From Calditrichaceae bacterium (lineage in GTDB: Bacteria; Calditrichota; Calditrichia; RBG-13-44-9; J075), in contig JABWBP010000001.1 in assembly GCA_013360445.1 (NCBI GenBank), positions 1 through 64,000 on the forward strand: DNA of 64,000 nucleotides. Reading direction: 5' to 3'. Each line of letters starts with the position of its first letter. The first letter of the stretch is position 1. The notes beneath the pieces were generated by a model. It had not been told where the DNA came from. It was given only the letters and a program-made list of their open reading frames with translations, and made no database searches. Shown here piece by piece: positions 25,366-35,401 of this stretch. A program made the position numbers and the translations under genes.

Positions 25366-27748
25366 CATACCGCAAACTTTCCACCGGATTCGCCAGCGCC
25401 GCCCGCAGGGCTTTGTAGCCCACGGTAAGCGCCGCAATCAGCGCGGTAATCCCTAACGCCAGGGCAAATACGCCCGCGCCGACCTGAATACGGTAGGCAA
25501 AATCTTGCAGCCAGCCGTTCATAACGTAGTACGCCGCCGGCGCGGCCACGGCAAAGGCAATCAGAATCAAGAGCGCGAATTCCTTTCCGAACAGCATCAG
25601 AATGTTGCCCACGGAAGCGCCCAACACTTTGCGCACCCCCACCTCCTTGGTGCGCCGCGCCGCCATAAAGGAAACCAGCCCCAACAACCCTAAGCACCCG
25701 ATGAAAATGGTGGTGCCGGAGAACACCCGGAACAACTGCGCGGTTTTTTGTTCTTCCTGGTAGAACCGCGCCACCCGCTCATCCAAAAACTGGTAGCTGT
25801 ACAGGAAATCCGGAAAAGCGGCGTTCCAACAGGTTTCGATATGGCGCAGCGCTTCTTTCGCGTTGTGCAAATCGATCTTGACGCCCGCCTCGTAATAGGA
25901 CTGGCGGCGGGCGGCCAGCAGGCAGGGCCGGATTTCTTCGTGCAAGGAGGTGGCGTTGAAATCCCGCACCACTCCTACCACCGGCAGGTAGGGCCGGCCG
26001 CCTAATTTAAAGGTTTTCCCCACGATTTCATCCGGCGTTAAGCCCAATTTCCGCGCGAAGGTCTCGTTGACCACCCATTCGGAGATGGTGTCGCTTTCCG
26101 TGTAATTCCGCCCCGTCACCAGCTTCAAGCCATAGACGGGGAGATAGGAAGCGTCGGCAAACTTCAAATCCGAGACGAAATCTTCCTCCGCACCGTTGAG
26201 GGTGTGCTGCAAGTTGCTGTCCCAGCGGATTCCGGAAGCGGCGCTGGAAAAGCTGAAAGAAACGTTATGAATCCGGCTGTCGCGCAGCAATTCGTTGCGC
26301 AGGGCGCTCAAAACGGCGGCGTCGTTGCGGGGCAGGGGGGTAATCACTACCGCTTCTTGATCGAATCCCAGGTCTTTGTTCCGGAAATAATCCAATTGCC
26401 AGGATACGATAATGGTAGCGATGATGAGCATCTGGCAGATAATAAACTGAAATATTACCAGCGCCCGCCGCAGGTTGAAGGCCCCGCTCGCCGGGGCGGC
26501 GGGTTTGTTCTTCAGCGCCAGCGCCGGGGTAAAACGCGAGAGGATGAGCGCCGGGTACAAACCCGCTAACAGGGTAACCGCCGCGGCCAGCGTTGCGGTG
26601 AATCCCAACAAGCGGGCGTCCTGCAGAGGATGAAACGGGATGTTCAACCCCAGGTAAGTCTTCAAAGAAGGCAGCAGCAATTCCGTTAGCGCCAGGGAGA
26701 ACAGCGCCGCGAAGAGCACGATCAGGAAGGTCTCTCCCAAAAACTGCCCGACCAACTGCCCGCGGAACGCTCCCAATACTTTACGCACCCCCACTTCCCG
26801 GGCGCGCTGCAGCGCCTGGGCGGTGGCCATGTTGATAAAGTTGATGCAGGCGGCTAACAGCAGTAAAAAACCGATCAGCCCCAGCGCCCACAGGGTGGTT
26901 TTGCTAATGGTGCGGTCGCCGTAGTTGCCGTAGCGGGGATTGAAATGCAGGTCGCTTAACGTTTGCAGCCGGTAGCGCCGCCGAGCCACGTCATCCCGGT
27001 AATACTTTTCCGTGAAAGCCGGAAACTGGCTTTCCAGGGCCTGCGCAGATTCCCCCGGCGGCAGCAACAGGTAAGTGTGCACGTTGGACATCAAATGCCC
27101 CCAGGAGTCCAGGTCGTAGCCGGATTGCGGCGCGGTTTTGAAGGAAATCATCGCGCTAAAAGGAAAGTCGCTTTGGGCCGGGGGATTTTTGGCGACGCCG
27201 GTGATTTTCAGATCGATCTGGCTATCCAGGCGGATGGTTTTACCGAGGGGATCCTCGCCGGGGAAAAATTTGGCGGCGAGGTCTTCGGTCAACGCCACGG
27301 TATTGGGTTCGGCCAGGCTGTTGGGATCGCCGATCAGCCAGGGGAAATCGAAAATCTCGAAAAACGCCGGCTCCACGAACACTACCCCGCGATTTTCCTG
27401 GAAGCGGCGCACCTGCCCCTCTCTTTCCAGCGAAAAAAGACCCTCCTGGTTATAAAGCGACACGGCGGCTTTTTCGATCTGCGGAAAATCGTTGCGCAGC
27501 GCCGCGGCAAAGGGAATCGGAGAGCCGGAGGTATGGGTGCTTTTATCGTTGATGGTCTCGTCCGTAACCACGCGGTAAATGCGCTCGAAATGGCGGTGGA
27601 AGCGATCGAAGCCCGATTCGTGGCGGATGATCAGGAAAATCAGCAGGCAGCAGGTCATTCCCAGCGCCAGCCCTAACACGTTAATGACCGCGTAACTGCG
27701 GTTATATCGTAACCTTCGCAGCGCGGTTATCAGATAGTTTTTGAACAT
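25361..27748 (-). CDS. FtsX/MacB-type ABC transporter permease (paralog 2 of 3)
   Basis: Start placed at MFKNYLITALRRL (ATG 27746-27748, ggagg RBS). Ends NPVESLRYE. The track ORF start at 27808 runs into the repeat. Confidence 0.88.
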   Translation of the reverse strand: MFKNYLITALRRLRYNRSYAVINVLGLALGMTCCLLIFLIIRHESGFDRFHRHFERIYRVVTDETINDKSTHTSGSPIPFAAALRNDFPQIEKAAVSLYNQEGLFSLEREGQVRRFQENRGVVFVEPAFFEIFDFPWLIGDPNSLAEPNTVALTEDLAAKFFPGEDPLGKTIRLDSQIDLKITGVAKNPPAQSDFPFSAMISFKTAPQSGYDLDSWGHLMSNVHTYLLLPPGESAQALESQFPAFTEKYYRDDVARRRYRLQTLSDLHFNPRYGNYGDRTISKTTLWALGLIGFLLLLAACINFINMATAQALQRAREVGVRKVLGAFRGQLVGQFLGETFLIVLFAALFSLALTELLLPSLKTYLGLNIPFHPLQDARLLGFTATLAAAVTLLAGLYPALILSRFTPALALKNKPAAPASGAFNLRRALVIFQFIICQMLIIATIIVSWQLDYFRNKDLGFDQEAVVITPLPRNDAAVLSALRNELLRDSRIHNVSFSFSSAASGIRWDSNLQHTLNGAEEDFVSDLKFADASYLPVYGLKLVTGRNYTESDTISEWVVNETFARKLGLTPDEIVGKTFKLGGRPYLPVVGVVRDFNATSLHEEIRPCLLAARRQSYYEAGVKIDLHNAKEALRHIETCWNAAFPDFLYSYQFLDERVARFYQEEQKTAQLFRVFSGTTIFIGCLGLLGLVSFMAARRTKEVGVRKVLGASVGNILMLFGKEFALLILIAFAVAAPAAYYVMNGWLQDFAYRIQVGAGVFALALGITALIAALTVGYKALRAALANPVESLRYE

Positions 27749-27774
27749 GGAATCCTCCGGGGAAATTTGGTCAT

Positions 27775-27960
27775 TTGCCTGCGGCGTCATTAGGGCTTCG
27801 CCCGTCATTTCGGGAAAAATGACCCGCGGCGCGTGCCCTTACGACATGGGAAAGCACAAATGACTCCCCACGTTGAGGGAAAATGACACCCAATGACGCG
27901 CGAAGCGCAAATGACGGCGAAGCCAAATGACAACTAATGACACGCGAAGCGCGAATGACT
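27775..27960. repeat. GTCATT/AATGAC-type foldback repeat between permease paralogs 2 and 3
   Basis: Left arm is ggtcatttgcctgcggcgtcattagggcttcgcccgtcatttcggg. Complement is aaatgacacccaatgacgcgcgaagcgcaaatgacggcgaagccaaatgacaactaatgacacgcgaagcgcgaatgac. Confidence 0.85.
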
Positions 27961-30397
27961 ACTCGTATCGGAGAGCCTCCACCGGATTCGCCAGCGCTGC
28001 TTTGATGGCCTGGTAGCTGACCGTCAACAGGGCGATCAGCAGCGCCAGCGCCCCGGCCAGGGCGAATACCCACCAGCCGATTTCGATGCGGTAGGCGAAA
28101 TCCTCCAGCCAGCGATTCATCACGTACCAGGCCAGCGGCCAGGCGATGAGGTTGGCGATCAGCACCAATTTGGCAAAATCTTTGGAGAGCAGCGCGATCA
28201 GGCTGGCCACAGTCGCGCCCAACGCCTTGCGAATGCCGATCTCTTTCGTGCGCTGCCCGGCCATAAACGCCGCCAGGCCGAATAAGCCCATGCAGGCGAT
28301 GAAAATCGCCAGCAGCGCGGCAATTCCGAACAGTTGCCCTAATTTTTGATCCCGGCGGTAAAAGTCGTTCAACCGTTCATCCAAAAAATTATACTCGAAG
28401 GGGTGGTCGGGGTCGAAGCGCTCTCCGATTTCGCGCAGGAAATCCAGCGTGGCCGCTAAATTCGTTCCGCGTACTTTTACGGAAAAGTAATCGATGCGGT
28501 CGAAGGGGTTGTCCTGCCAGGCCAGCACCAGCGGTTCTATCTTTTCGTAGAGCGATTTGAAATGAAAATCCTCGACCACCCCGATCACCCGGGCGCGAAA
28601 ATCCGCTTTGCTGGAGCCGCCTCCTTCCAAATCCGCCCGGGGAATGCGAATCTCCTTACCGAGCGGGTTTTCCCAGCCCAGCGCCCGCGCCGCCGCTTCG
28701 TTGATTAAGACCGAGAGGGAATCGCCGCCGCGACCGGAAAAATTCTCGCCCGCGGCCAGGCGCACGCCGTAGGTTTCTACAAACTCCCGGTCCACCGCGA
28801 GGAGATACATGGTGTGCGCCGTGGAGGAAGGCGCGTCGCCGGGCAGCGCGTCGATGGTGGCAATGTTTTTCCAGTCCCCCGGCACCCGATTGGTAACCGA
28901 CACCGCCAATACCGCGGGGTTGCGGCGCATTTCCGCCTTCATGGTTTCCGCGTGCCGGCGCACGTTGTTGCTGTTGATGTCGATTACCATTAGGTGCTCC
29001 CGGTCAAATCCCAGGTGTTTGTTGCGCACGTAATTCATCTGTTGATAAACCACCAGGGCAGCGATCATCATCACCACGGAAAGGATAAATTGCAGCACCA
29101 CCAGGGCGCGGCGCAGGTTGGAAATTCTGGTCAGTTTCTCCGCCCCGCCCTTCAAAACCCGGACGGCTTGCAGGCGGGAAAGGAAAAAGGCCGGGTAACT
29201 GCCGGAGAGCAGGCCCACTAAAACGGTCAACCCCAGGAAAGTGAAGATGGCTTCCGGTTGCAATGCCTGTCCCAGGGTAATTTGTTTCCCCACAAACGCA
29301 TTGAAAAAGGGCAATACCAGCTCTACCACGAACAACGCCAGCAGGAAGGCCAATGCGACCAGCAGCAGCGACTCGCTGAGGAACTGCCCCGCCAGTTGGA
29401 AGCGGGAAGCGCCCACTACCTTGCGCACGCCCACTTCCCGGGCGCGGTTCAAGGCCCGGGCGGCGGCGAGATTCATATAATTGATCCCGGCGATGAGCAC
29501 GATGAGCAAGGCGATGGCGGAAAAGATATAAATGTAAGCGATCTCCCCCTGGTTGTGATTGCGCTCGAATGCGATGTGCCCGGAGCGGAAATGAATATCC
29601 CGCAGCGGTTGCAAATAGAGGTCTTTGAGAGGCCAATCCGCTTCCCCGCGATGTTTGCTCAAAAACGCCGGGAGTTTTGCCGCCAGCGCCGGGGCCGCCG
29701 CCGGTTCTTGCAGCAGCAGGTAGGTGATCACGGTGCGGTAATTGGGATTCCACTCGTTCAGGAAGGGAGCCCACCAGTTGATATGCTCCATACTGCCGAA
29801 GGAGATCAACATGCTGAAATGGAGATGGGAATTGGGGGGCAAATCCTTGAGGATGGCGGTGACTTTCAGATCCCCGAACGCCTCTGCCCGGAGAGTGTTT
29901 CCCAGGGGATCTTCCTCCCCGAAATATTTGCGGGCCGCGGCTTCGGTGAGCACTACCGAGCGGGGTTCGGCGAGCGCCGTTTCCGGGTTCCCGCGCAGGA
30001 ACTCAAAATCGAATATCTTGAAGAATGAAGGCTCGCTGAGCAAATAATCGCCTTCATAGAAGCGATTTCCCCGGAATTGCATGGTTACCCGGAACAGTTG
30101 CAGCATCCGAACCGAGGCCGCCACTTCGGGAAATTCCGCTTCTATTGCCGGGCCCAGCGGGGCAACGCTGCGGGCGTTATGCTGGTCGCCCCGGTCCGGG
30201 GTGCTGCGCACTTCCACCACCCGGAAAATACGCCCCGCTTTGGCGTGGAAGGCGTCGAAGCGCAGCTCATCCAGCACGTAGAGCAGGATCAAAATGCAGC
30301 AAGCCAGCCCCGCCACCAAACCGAGAATGTTGATCAGCGTATAACCGCGATGCTTTAGCAGGTTCCTGATGGCGATCTTGAAATAATTTCCGAGCAT
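27959..30397 (-). CDS. FtsX/MacB-type ABC transporter permease (paralog 3 of 3)
   Basis: Start placed at MLGNYFKIAIRNL (ATG 30395-30397, gggaga RBS). Ends NPVEALRYE. Confidence 0.88.
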   Translation of the reverse strand: MLGNYFKIAIRNLLKHRGYTLINILGLVAGLACCILILLYVLDELRFDAFHAKAGRIFRVVEVRSTPDRGDQHNARSVAPLGPAIEAEFPEVAASVRMLQLFRVTMQFRGNRFYEGDYLLSEPSFFKIFDFEFLRGNPETALAEPRSVVLTEAAARKYFGEEDPLGNTLRAEAFGDLKVTAILKDLPPNSHLHFSMLISFGSMEHINWWAPFLNEWNPNYRTVITYLLLQEPAAAPALAAKLPAFLSKHRGEADWPLKDLYLQPLRDIHFRSGHIAFERNHNQGEIAYIYIFSAIALLIVLIAGINYMNLAAARALNRAREVGVRKVVGASRFQLAGQFLSESLLLVALAFLLALFVVELVLPFFNAFVGKQITLGQALQPEAIFTFLGLTVLVGLLSGSYPAFFLSRLQAVRVLKGGAEKLTRISNLRRALVVLQFILSVVMMIAALVVYQQMNYVRNKHLGFDREHLMVIDINSNNVRRHAETMKAEMRRNPAVLAVSVTNRVPGDWKNIATIDALPGDAPSSTAHTMYLLAVDREFVETYGVRLAAGENFSGRGGDSLSVLINEAAARALGWENPLGKEIRIPRADLEGGGSSKADFRARVIGVVEDFHFKSLYEKIEPLVLAWQDNPFDRIDYFSVKVRGTNLAATLDFLREIGERFDPDHPFEYNFLDERLNDFYRRDQKLGQLFGIAALLAIFIACMGLFGLAAFMAGQRTKEIGIRKALGATVASLIALLSKDFAKLVLIANLIAWPLAWYVMNRWLEDFAYRIEIGWWVFALAGALALLIALLTVSYQAIKAALANPVEALRYE

Positions 30398-30462
30398 GGA
30401 GTCTCCCGTTTTCGGATTTCGACGCAAGTTTTAGCTATCAGCTATCAGCTGAAAGCTGACCG

Positions 30463-31161
30463 CTATTCCCCCGCAACCCCGACCAGGCTCACCGGGGCGT
30501 CTTCCACGATGCGCCCGTCCAATAAATGAATGATCCGCTCGGAATAGGCGGCGTTGCGCTCCGAGTGGGTTACCTGCACAATTGTCGTCCCGGCTTCGTT
30601 AAGCTGTTTGAAAACCTGCATGATCTCCTCTCCCTGCCGGGAATTGAGGTTGCCGGTCGGCTCATCCGCTAAAATCAGTTTCGGCTGAATGATGAGCGCC
30701 CGGGCAATGGCCGCCAACTGCTGCTGCCCGCCGGAAAGCTGCTGCGGGAAGAGATCCTTCTTCGCAGCCATGTGGAAACGATCCAATATCTCCGCCACCA
30801 TGCTCTTGCGCTCCCCGGCTTTCACCTTCTGGTACAGCAGCGGGGTTTCCAGGTTCTCATACACGGTCAATTCATCGATGAGGTGATAGCTCTGGAAAAC
30901 GAACCCGATGCGGCGCTTGTGCAGCTCCGTGCGCTGCTTTTCGCCGAGCCGGTGAACCGGTTCGCCGTAAAAATAGTACTCCCCGGAAGAAGGGCTGTCG
31001 AGCATTCCCATAATGTGCAGGAGAGTGGATTTCCCGGCCCCGGAAGGCCCCATGATGGTGACAAACTCGCCCTCGCGGATTTCTAAGCTGTTATCCTGCA
31101 AAACGTAGGTCTTGACAAATTTATTGGAGTAATATTTGAAGATATTTTTCAGGCGAATCAT
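30463..31161 (-). CDS. ABC transporter ATP-binding protein (LolD/MacB-NBD-like)
   Basis: Walker A GPSGAGKST, ABC signature LSGGQQQ, Walker B ILADEPT. Confidence 0.9.
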   Translation of the reverse strand: MIRLKNIFKYYSNKFVKTYVLQDNSLEIREGEFVTIMGPSGAGKSTLLHIMGMLDSPSSGEYYFYGEPVHRLGEKQRTELHKRRIGFVFQSYHLIDELTVYENLETPLLYQKVKAGERKSMVAEILDRFHMAAKKDLFPQQLSGGQQQLAAIARALIIQPKLILADEPTGNLNSRQGEEIMQVFKQLNEAGTTIVQVTHSERNAAYSERIIHLLDGRIVEDAPVSLVGVAGE

Positions 31162-31261
31162 GGGTTTCTCCCGGTTTTCGAGGTAACTCTTCAGCCACTA
31201 AGTCACAAAATCCCGATAATATGTTTGCCTCTTTAAAGCCAATAGATTAAAACCCGTTTGT

Positions 31262-31520
31262 GTTCCTTCGTATCTTGACCTGTAGTGCTAGTTGGTTTAA
31301 ACCGCGAATACACGCGAATAAACGCGAATAACTATAGGATCAAGAACGGCCGAAATTAGTGTTTATTCGCGTCAATTCGCGGTTAGATCGAGTGTCCGTT
31401 GGTAGAACTAGCACTACAGGTATCTTGGTATCTTGGTATCTTGGTGTCTTGGTGTCTTGGTGTCTTGGTGTCTTGGTGTCTTGGTGTCTTGGTGTCTTGG
31501 TGTCTTGGTATCTTGGTGGC
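31262..31520. repeat. Composite repeat: foldback of tandem CGCGAATA units inside a 15-bp inverted clamp (cctgtagtgctagtt / aactagcactacagg), then (GTRTCTTG) x12 tandem 8-mers
   Basis: cgcgaatacacgcgaataaacgcgaataac ... gtttattcgcgtcaattcgcgg, then gtatcttggtatcttggtgtcttgg... at 31426-31515. Confidence 0.8.
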
Positions 31521-31540
31521 TAAGTAGTTGCGATCAATCC

Positions 31541-32230
31541 CTAAATGCGAAATCTCTCCATCATATTCTCGGAGACCACCTGGCCGTCGAAGAGATGCAC
31601 CACCCGGTGGCTGTACTCCGCGTACGTGGGGGAGTGGGTCACCATAATAATGGTGGTGCCGGCTTCGTTGAGGTCGGTAAGGATTTTCATCACTTCATCG
31701 CCATGAACGGAATCCAGGTTGCCGGTGGGTTCGTCGGCCAAGATCACCCGGGGGCGGGCGACTACTGCCCTGGCCACCGCCACTCGCTGCTGCTGCCCCC
31801 CGGAAAGCTGCTGCGGAAAATGATTGCGGCGGTGCATGATGCCCATGTGCTCCAGCACCTCTTCCACCCGTTTTTTGCGCTCCCCGGCAGGAAAACCTAA
31901 GTATAAAAGGGGCAATTCCACGTTCTCGAACACGGTCAATTCATCGATCAGGTTGAAGCTCTGGAACACGAAGCCGATGTTGCCCTTGCGAAAATTCGCC
32001 CGCTGGCGCTCGGTTAAGCGGGAGATCTCTTTGCCGTTGAAGTGGTATTCCCCGGAACTGGGATTGTCCAACAGGCCGAAAATATTGAGCAAGGTGGATT
32101 TTCCGCAGCCCGATGGCCCCATGATGGAGACGAACTCTCCCTCTTTTACTTCCAAATTCACCTCGTTCAAAGCGGTGGTTTCCACTTCTTCGGTGGTATA
32201 AACTTTCTTCAAATTCACGGTGCGAATCAT
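31541..32230 (-). CDS. ABC transporter ATP-binding protein (second NBD paralog)
   Basis: Walker [23 protein letters not shown], Walker B ILADEPT. Confidence 0.9.
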   Translation of the reverse strand: MIRTVNLKKVYTTEEVETTALNEVNLEVKEGEFVSIMGPSGCGKSTLLNIFGLLDNPSSGEYHFNGKEISRLTERQRANFRKGNIGFVFQSFNLIDELTVFENVELPLLYLGFPAGERKKRVEEVLEHMGIMHRRNHFPQQLSGGQQQRVAVARAVVARPRVILADEPTGNLDSVHGDEVMKILTDLNEAGTTIIMVTHSPTYAEYSHRVVHLFDGQVVSENMMERFRI

Positions 32231-32302
32231 GCCTGGCTCCTTCGTGAAAATTCGTAAGCATTCGTGGCTTTTTTCTTATTTCACAACAACTCATCAATTT
32301 GC

Positions 32303-33574
32303 TCACTCTTTCAAAATCAGCTTCTCCACCTCGCCGAAGGCGTCGTACGAGGAGGTAATCACCCGCTCGCCGGGTTCCAGCCCTTCTAACACCTCGAAAA
32401 CTTCCGGATTTTGCCGCCCCAGGCGGATGGCGCGTTGGACCGCGGTTTTGCCCGATTCATCGGTTACGAACACCCACTGCCCCCCGGTTTTTTGATAAAA
32501 ACCGCCCCGCGCTAACAGCAGCGCCTGCGAGGGGCCTCCCAACTGCAAGCGCACGTGCAGGGTTTGCCCGCGCCGGATTTCCGGCGGCGAATCGTTGATA
32601 AAGCGCAAATCCACATTGAAGCGCCCCTCGCGAATCTCCGGGAAAATCTTCTCGCTCGCCAGCCGGTAGGTTTTTCCGGCAAAGGTGAACTCTCCCTGCA
32701 ATCCCACTTCGATGCGCGGCAGGTAGTGCTCATCAATCGCCGCCCGCACCTTGAAGCTGTCCAACACGTCGATTTGCCCTAACCGCTCCCCGGGGGATTT
32801 GATCTCCCCGGTAAACTCCGCGTTCAGCGAGGTAAGCTGCCCGCTGATGGGCGCCTGAATGGTCAGGTTGTCCAACTTCTGGCGCACGATCTCCAAATTC
32901 CGCTCCATGCGCGCCAGCGAGCCTTCCAACTGGCGGATTTGTTCCGTGCGAAAAAGGGAATCCTGCCTGAAGGATTGGATCGCTAACTCCCGGCGTTTGA
33001 GATAGTAGTCGTACTCGTCTTTTACCTGGAGATATTCTTCCCGGGAGATCAGGTTCTCCTGCTCCAGGGCTTCGCTGCGCTCGTAGCGCCGCTTGAGAAG
33101 CTGAATCTGGTACTCCAATTCCACTAAGTTGCTCTTCAAGCTCAACTGGTTTTGTTCCATGGCCAGGCGGGTGTTGCGCAAATTATTGGATTGCTGCGCT
33201 AACTCCGCTTCCCGGAACATGATGTCGAGCAGCAAATTGGTATTTGCCAATTGCAGGATTTTATCCCCTTTGTGAACCATGCTGCCGGCTTCCATAAAAA
33301 TCGCTTCGACCCGCCCGCCTTCCACGGCGTCTAAGTAAACCGTCTTCACCGGGATTACTGCCGCGGTGATGGGAATGAACTCCTGGAAAGGCCCCCGGGT
33401 GACCGTGGAAATGGTGATCTTTTCCAACTGAACGTTCAGGCGCGAGCGGGTATCCCCAAACAAGAAAGTATAAATGATCAAGAACAGGAAAGCGGCGGCC
33501 AGCCCCAGCCCGAGCACTTTTTTGGGCGGCCATTTTTTCTTTTCGATTTTTCGATCCATGGTGGACAAATTCAT
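32303..33574 (-). CDS. HlyD-family periplasmic adaptor (membrane fusion protein) for the ABC/FtsX system
   Basis: An N-terminal TM anchor is followed by a biotinyl/lipoyl-like hairpin (VKTVYLDAVEGGRVEAIFMEAGSMVHKGDKILQL), a long coiled coil and a beta-barrel C-domain. Start placed at MNLSTMDRK (ATG 33572-33574, ggag RBS). Confidence 0.8.
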   Translation of the reverse strand: MNLSTMDRKIEKKKWPPKKVLGLGLAAAFLFLIIYTFLFGDTRSRLNVQLEKITISTVTRGPFQEFIPITAAVIPVKTVYLDAVEGGRVEAIFMEAGSMVHKGDKILQLANTNLLLDIMFREAELAQQSNNLRNTRLAMEQNQLSLKSNLVELEYQIQLLKRRYERSEALEQENLISREEYLQVKDEYDYYLKRRELAIQSFRQDSLFRTEQIRQLEGSLARMERNLEIVRQKLDNLTIQAPISGQLTSLNAEFTGEIKSPGERLGQIDVLDSFKVRAAIDEHYLPRIEVGLQGEFTFAGKTYRLASEKIFPEIREGRFNVDLRFINDSPPEIRRGQTLHVRLQLGGPSQALLLARGGFYQKTGGQWVFVTDESGKTAVQRAIRLGRQNPEVFEVLEGLEPGERVITSSYDAFGEVEKLILKE

Positions 33575-33629
33575 GAAATTTCTCCGCAAGTAACACCAAC
33601 CGGCGCCGCGAAAGGAGTGCTCCAAAGGA

Positions 33630-33649
33630 GTGCAAAATTTATTTTGCAC
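33630..33649. promoter_or_regulatory. Perfect 9-2-9 palindrome GTGCAAAAT-TT-ATTTTGCAC in the divergent region between the transporter operon and the two-component operon; candidate enhancer/activator site
   Basis: The sequence is exact. Its TGCA...TGCA half-sites resemble NtrC-type upstream activator sites. Function is inferred, not shown. Confidence 0.35.
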
Positions 33650-34024
33650 CAACCAGAAATCCTTCGCCCTGCCCCGGCTCTTCCAATGCCAATTTTCATG
33701 CCACTATTTCTAACCTGCTGATTATTGAAAAATTAGCCGCATCAGGAAATAATTCCTGCAAATTTGACGCTGTTCGCTTATATTACAACGAGTGTTCATT
33801 ATCGAACAGTCATGTAAGCCTTCCCGCCCGGCAATGGGTTTCCGCTCCTACGGAACGGCGCGGTTGAAGTTCGGGAAATACAACCGGCTGCCGGCAACAG
33901 GATTTTTATGGCAGAATGATTTTTTTTTACATTATTCTGCCGGATAATTATTCTGCCAATAAAGATGGGAACTATAACCTGAACGTGGGTTAACTCAACC
34001 CCTAATTCTCAAAGGAAAACCCCC

Positions 34025-35401
34025 ATGCCCCAGGAATCCGGCAAAATTTTAGTCATCGACGATGATGAGGACGTGTTAGTAGCGGCGCGGCTGCTGCTGA
34101 AAAAACACTTTTCCGCGGTAACAGTGGAAAAAGCGCCCCGGAACATCCCGGCGCTGCTGCAAGAGGAGCATTACGATGTGATCCTGTTAGACATGAATTT
34201 CGGGCCGGAAGGCGGCAGCGGCCGGGAGGGTTTTCATTGGCTGGAGCGCATTCTGCAAATAGACCCCGCGGCCGTGGTCATCTTCATCACCGCGTTCGGA
34301 GACGTGGAAAAGGCGGTGCAGGCCATCAAAGCCGGGGCTTTCGATTTCGTGCTGAAGCCCTGGCACAACGAGAAACTGCTGGCCACGGTCTCCGCGGCCC
34401 TGCAATTCCGCCGCTCCCGGCTGGAGCTGAGCCGGATCCGCTCCCAGCAAAAACAGCTCAGCGCCGATATGGATCAGGGGTTTCAGGAGATCATCGGCGG
34501 CAGCGCGGCCATGCAGGAGGTCTTCGCCAGCATCCAGAAAGTGGCCAAAACCGACGCCAACGTGCTGATTTTGGGGGAAAACGGCGCCGGCAAGGAGCTG
34601 GTCGCCCGGGCCATTCACCGCCAATCCCCCCGGGCGGAGAAGGTATTCATCAGCGTGGACGTGGGAGCGATCAGCCAGAGCCTGTTCGAAAGCGAACTGT
34701 TCGGCCACGTGAAGGGCGCGTTTACCGACGCCCGGCAGGATCGCCCCGGGCGCTTCGAGATCGCTTCCGGGGGGAGCCTGTTTTTAGACGAGATCGGCAA
34801 CCTGCCTCCCGGGCTGCAAGCCAAACTGCTCACGGTATTGCAAAACCGGGTGGTCACCCGGGTCGGCTCCCACCGGCCCATTCCCATCGACATCCGCCTG
34901 ATCTGCGCCAGCAACCTGCCCCTGCGCCGCATGGCCGCGGAAGGGCAATTCCGCCAGGATCTGCTCTATCGCATCAATACCGTGGAAATCCGGGTTCCCC
35001 CGCTGCGGGAGCGCCGGGAGGATATTCCCCTGTTAGCGGAGCACTTCCTGCGCCGCTACGGAAAAAAATACCAGAAACCGCGCCTGCGGCTCTCCCCCGC
35101 CGCGCTGCAGCGCCTGCAAAGCCACCACTGGCCGGGCAACGTGCGGGAGCTGCAGCACGCCATCGAGCGGGCGGTGATCATGGGCGAATCCGACACCTTG
35201 CAGCCGGGAGATTTCTTTTTCGCCCCGCAAGACCTGCCGCAACCGGAAATATCGCTCGACAACTACCAGTTGGAAGAGGTCGAAAAGTTGGTGATCCGCA
35301 AAACCATCGAAAAGCACGGGGGCAACGTCTCCCGCGCCGCCAAAGAGTTAGGCCTCACCCGCCCGGCCCTCTACCGCCGCATGGCGAAGTATGGGTTGTG
35401 A
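34025..35401 (+). CDS. Sigma-54-dependent response regulator (REC + AAA+ + HTH, NtrC family)
   Basis: Receiver LVIDDDEDVL...DVILLDMNF, Walker A GENGAGKE, GAFTDA motif, and the C-terminal HTH GGNVSRAAKELGLTRPALYRRM. Confidence 0.9.
   Translation: MPQESGKILVIDDDEDVLVAARLLLKKHFSAVTVEKAPRNIPALLQEEHYDVILLDMNFGPEGGSGREGFHWLERILQIDPAAVVIFITAFGDVEKAVQAIKAGAFDFVLKPWHNEKLLATVSAALQFRRSRLELSRIRSQQKQLSADMDQGFQEIIGGSAAMQEVFASIQKVAKTDANVLILGENGAGKELVARAIHRQSPRAEKVFISVDVGAISQSLFESELFGHVKGAFTDARQDRPGRFEIASGGSLFLDEIGNLPPGLQAKLLTVLQNRVVTRVGSHRPIPIDIRLICASNLPLRRMAAEGQFRQDLLYRINTVEIRVPPLRERREDIPLLAEHFLRRYGKKYQKPRLRLSPAALQRLQSHHWPGNVRELQHAIERAVIMGESDTLQPGDFFFAPQDLPQPEISLDNYQLEEVEKLVIRKTIEKHGGNVSRAAKELGLTRPALYRRMAKYGL

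Noticed and set aside
31426-31520. CRISPR array candidate: regular 8-nt repeats
   Set aside because: The units are contiguous with no spacers. The repeat is far too short for a CRISPR repeat. No cas genes in the window.
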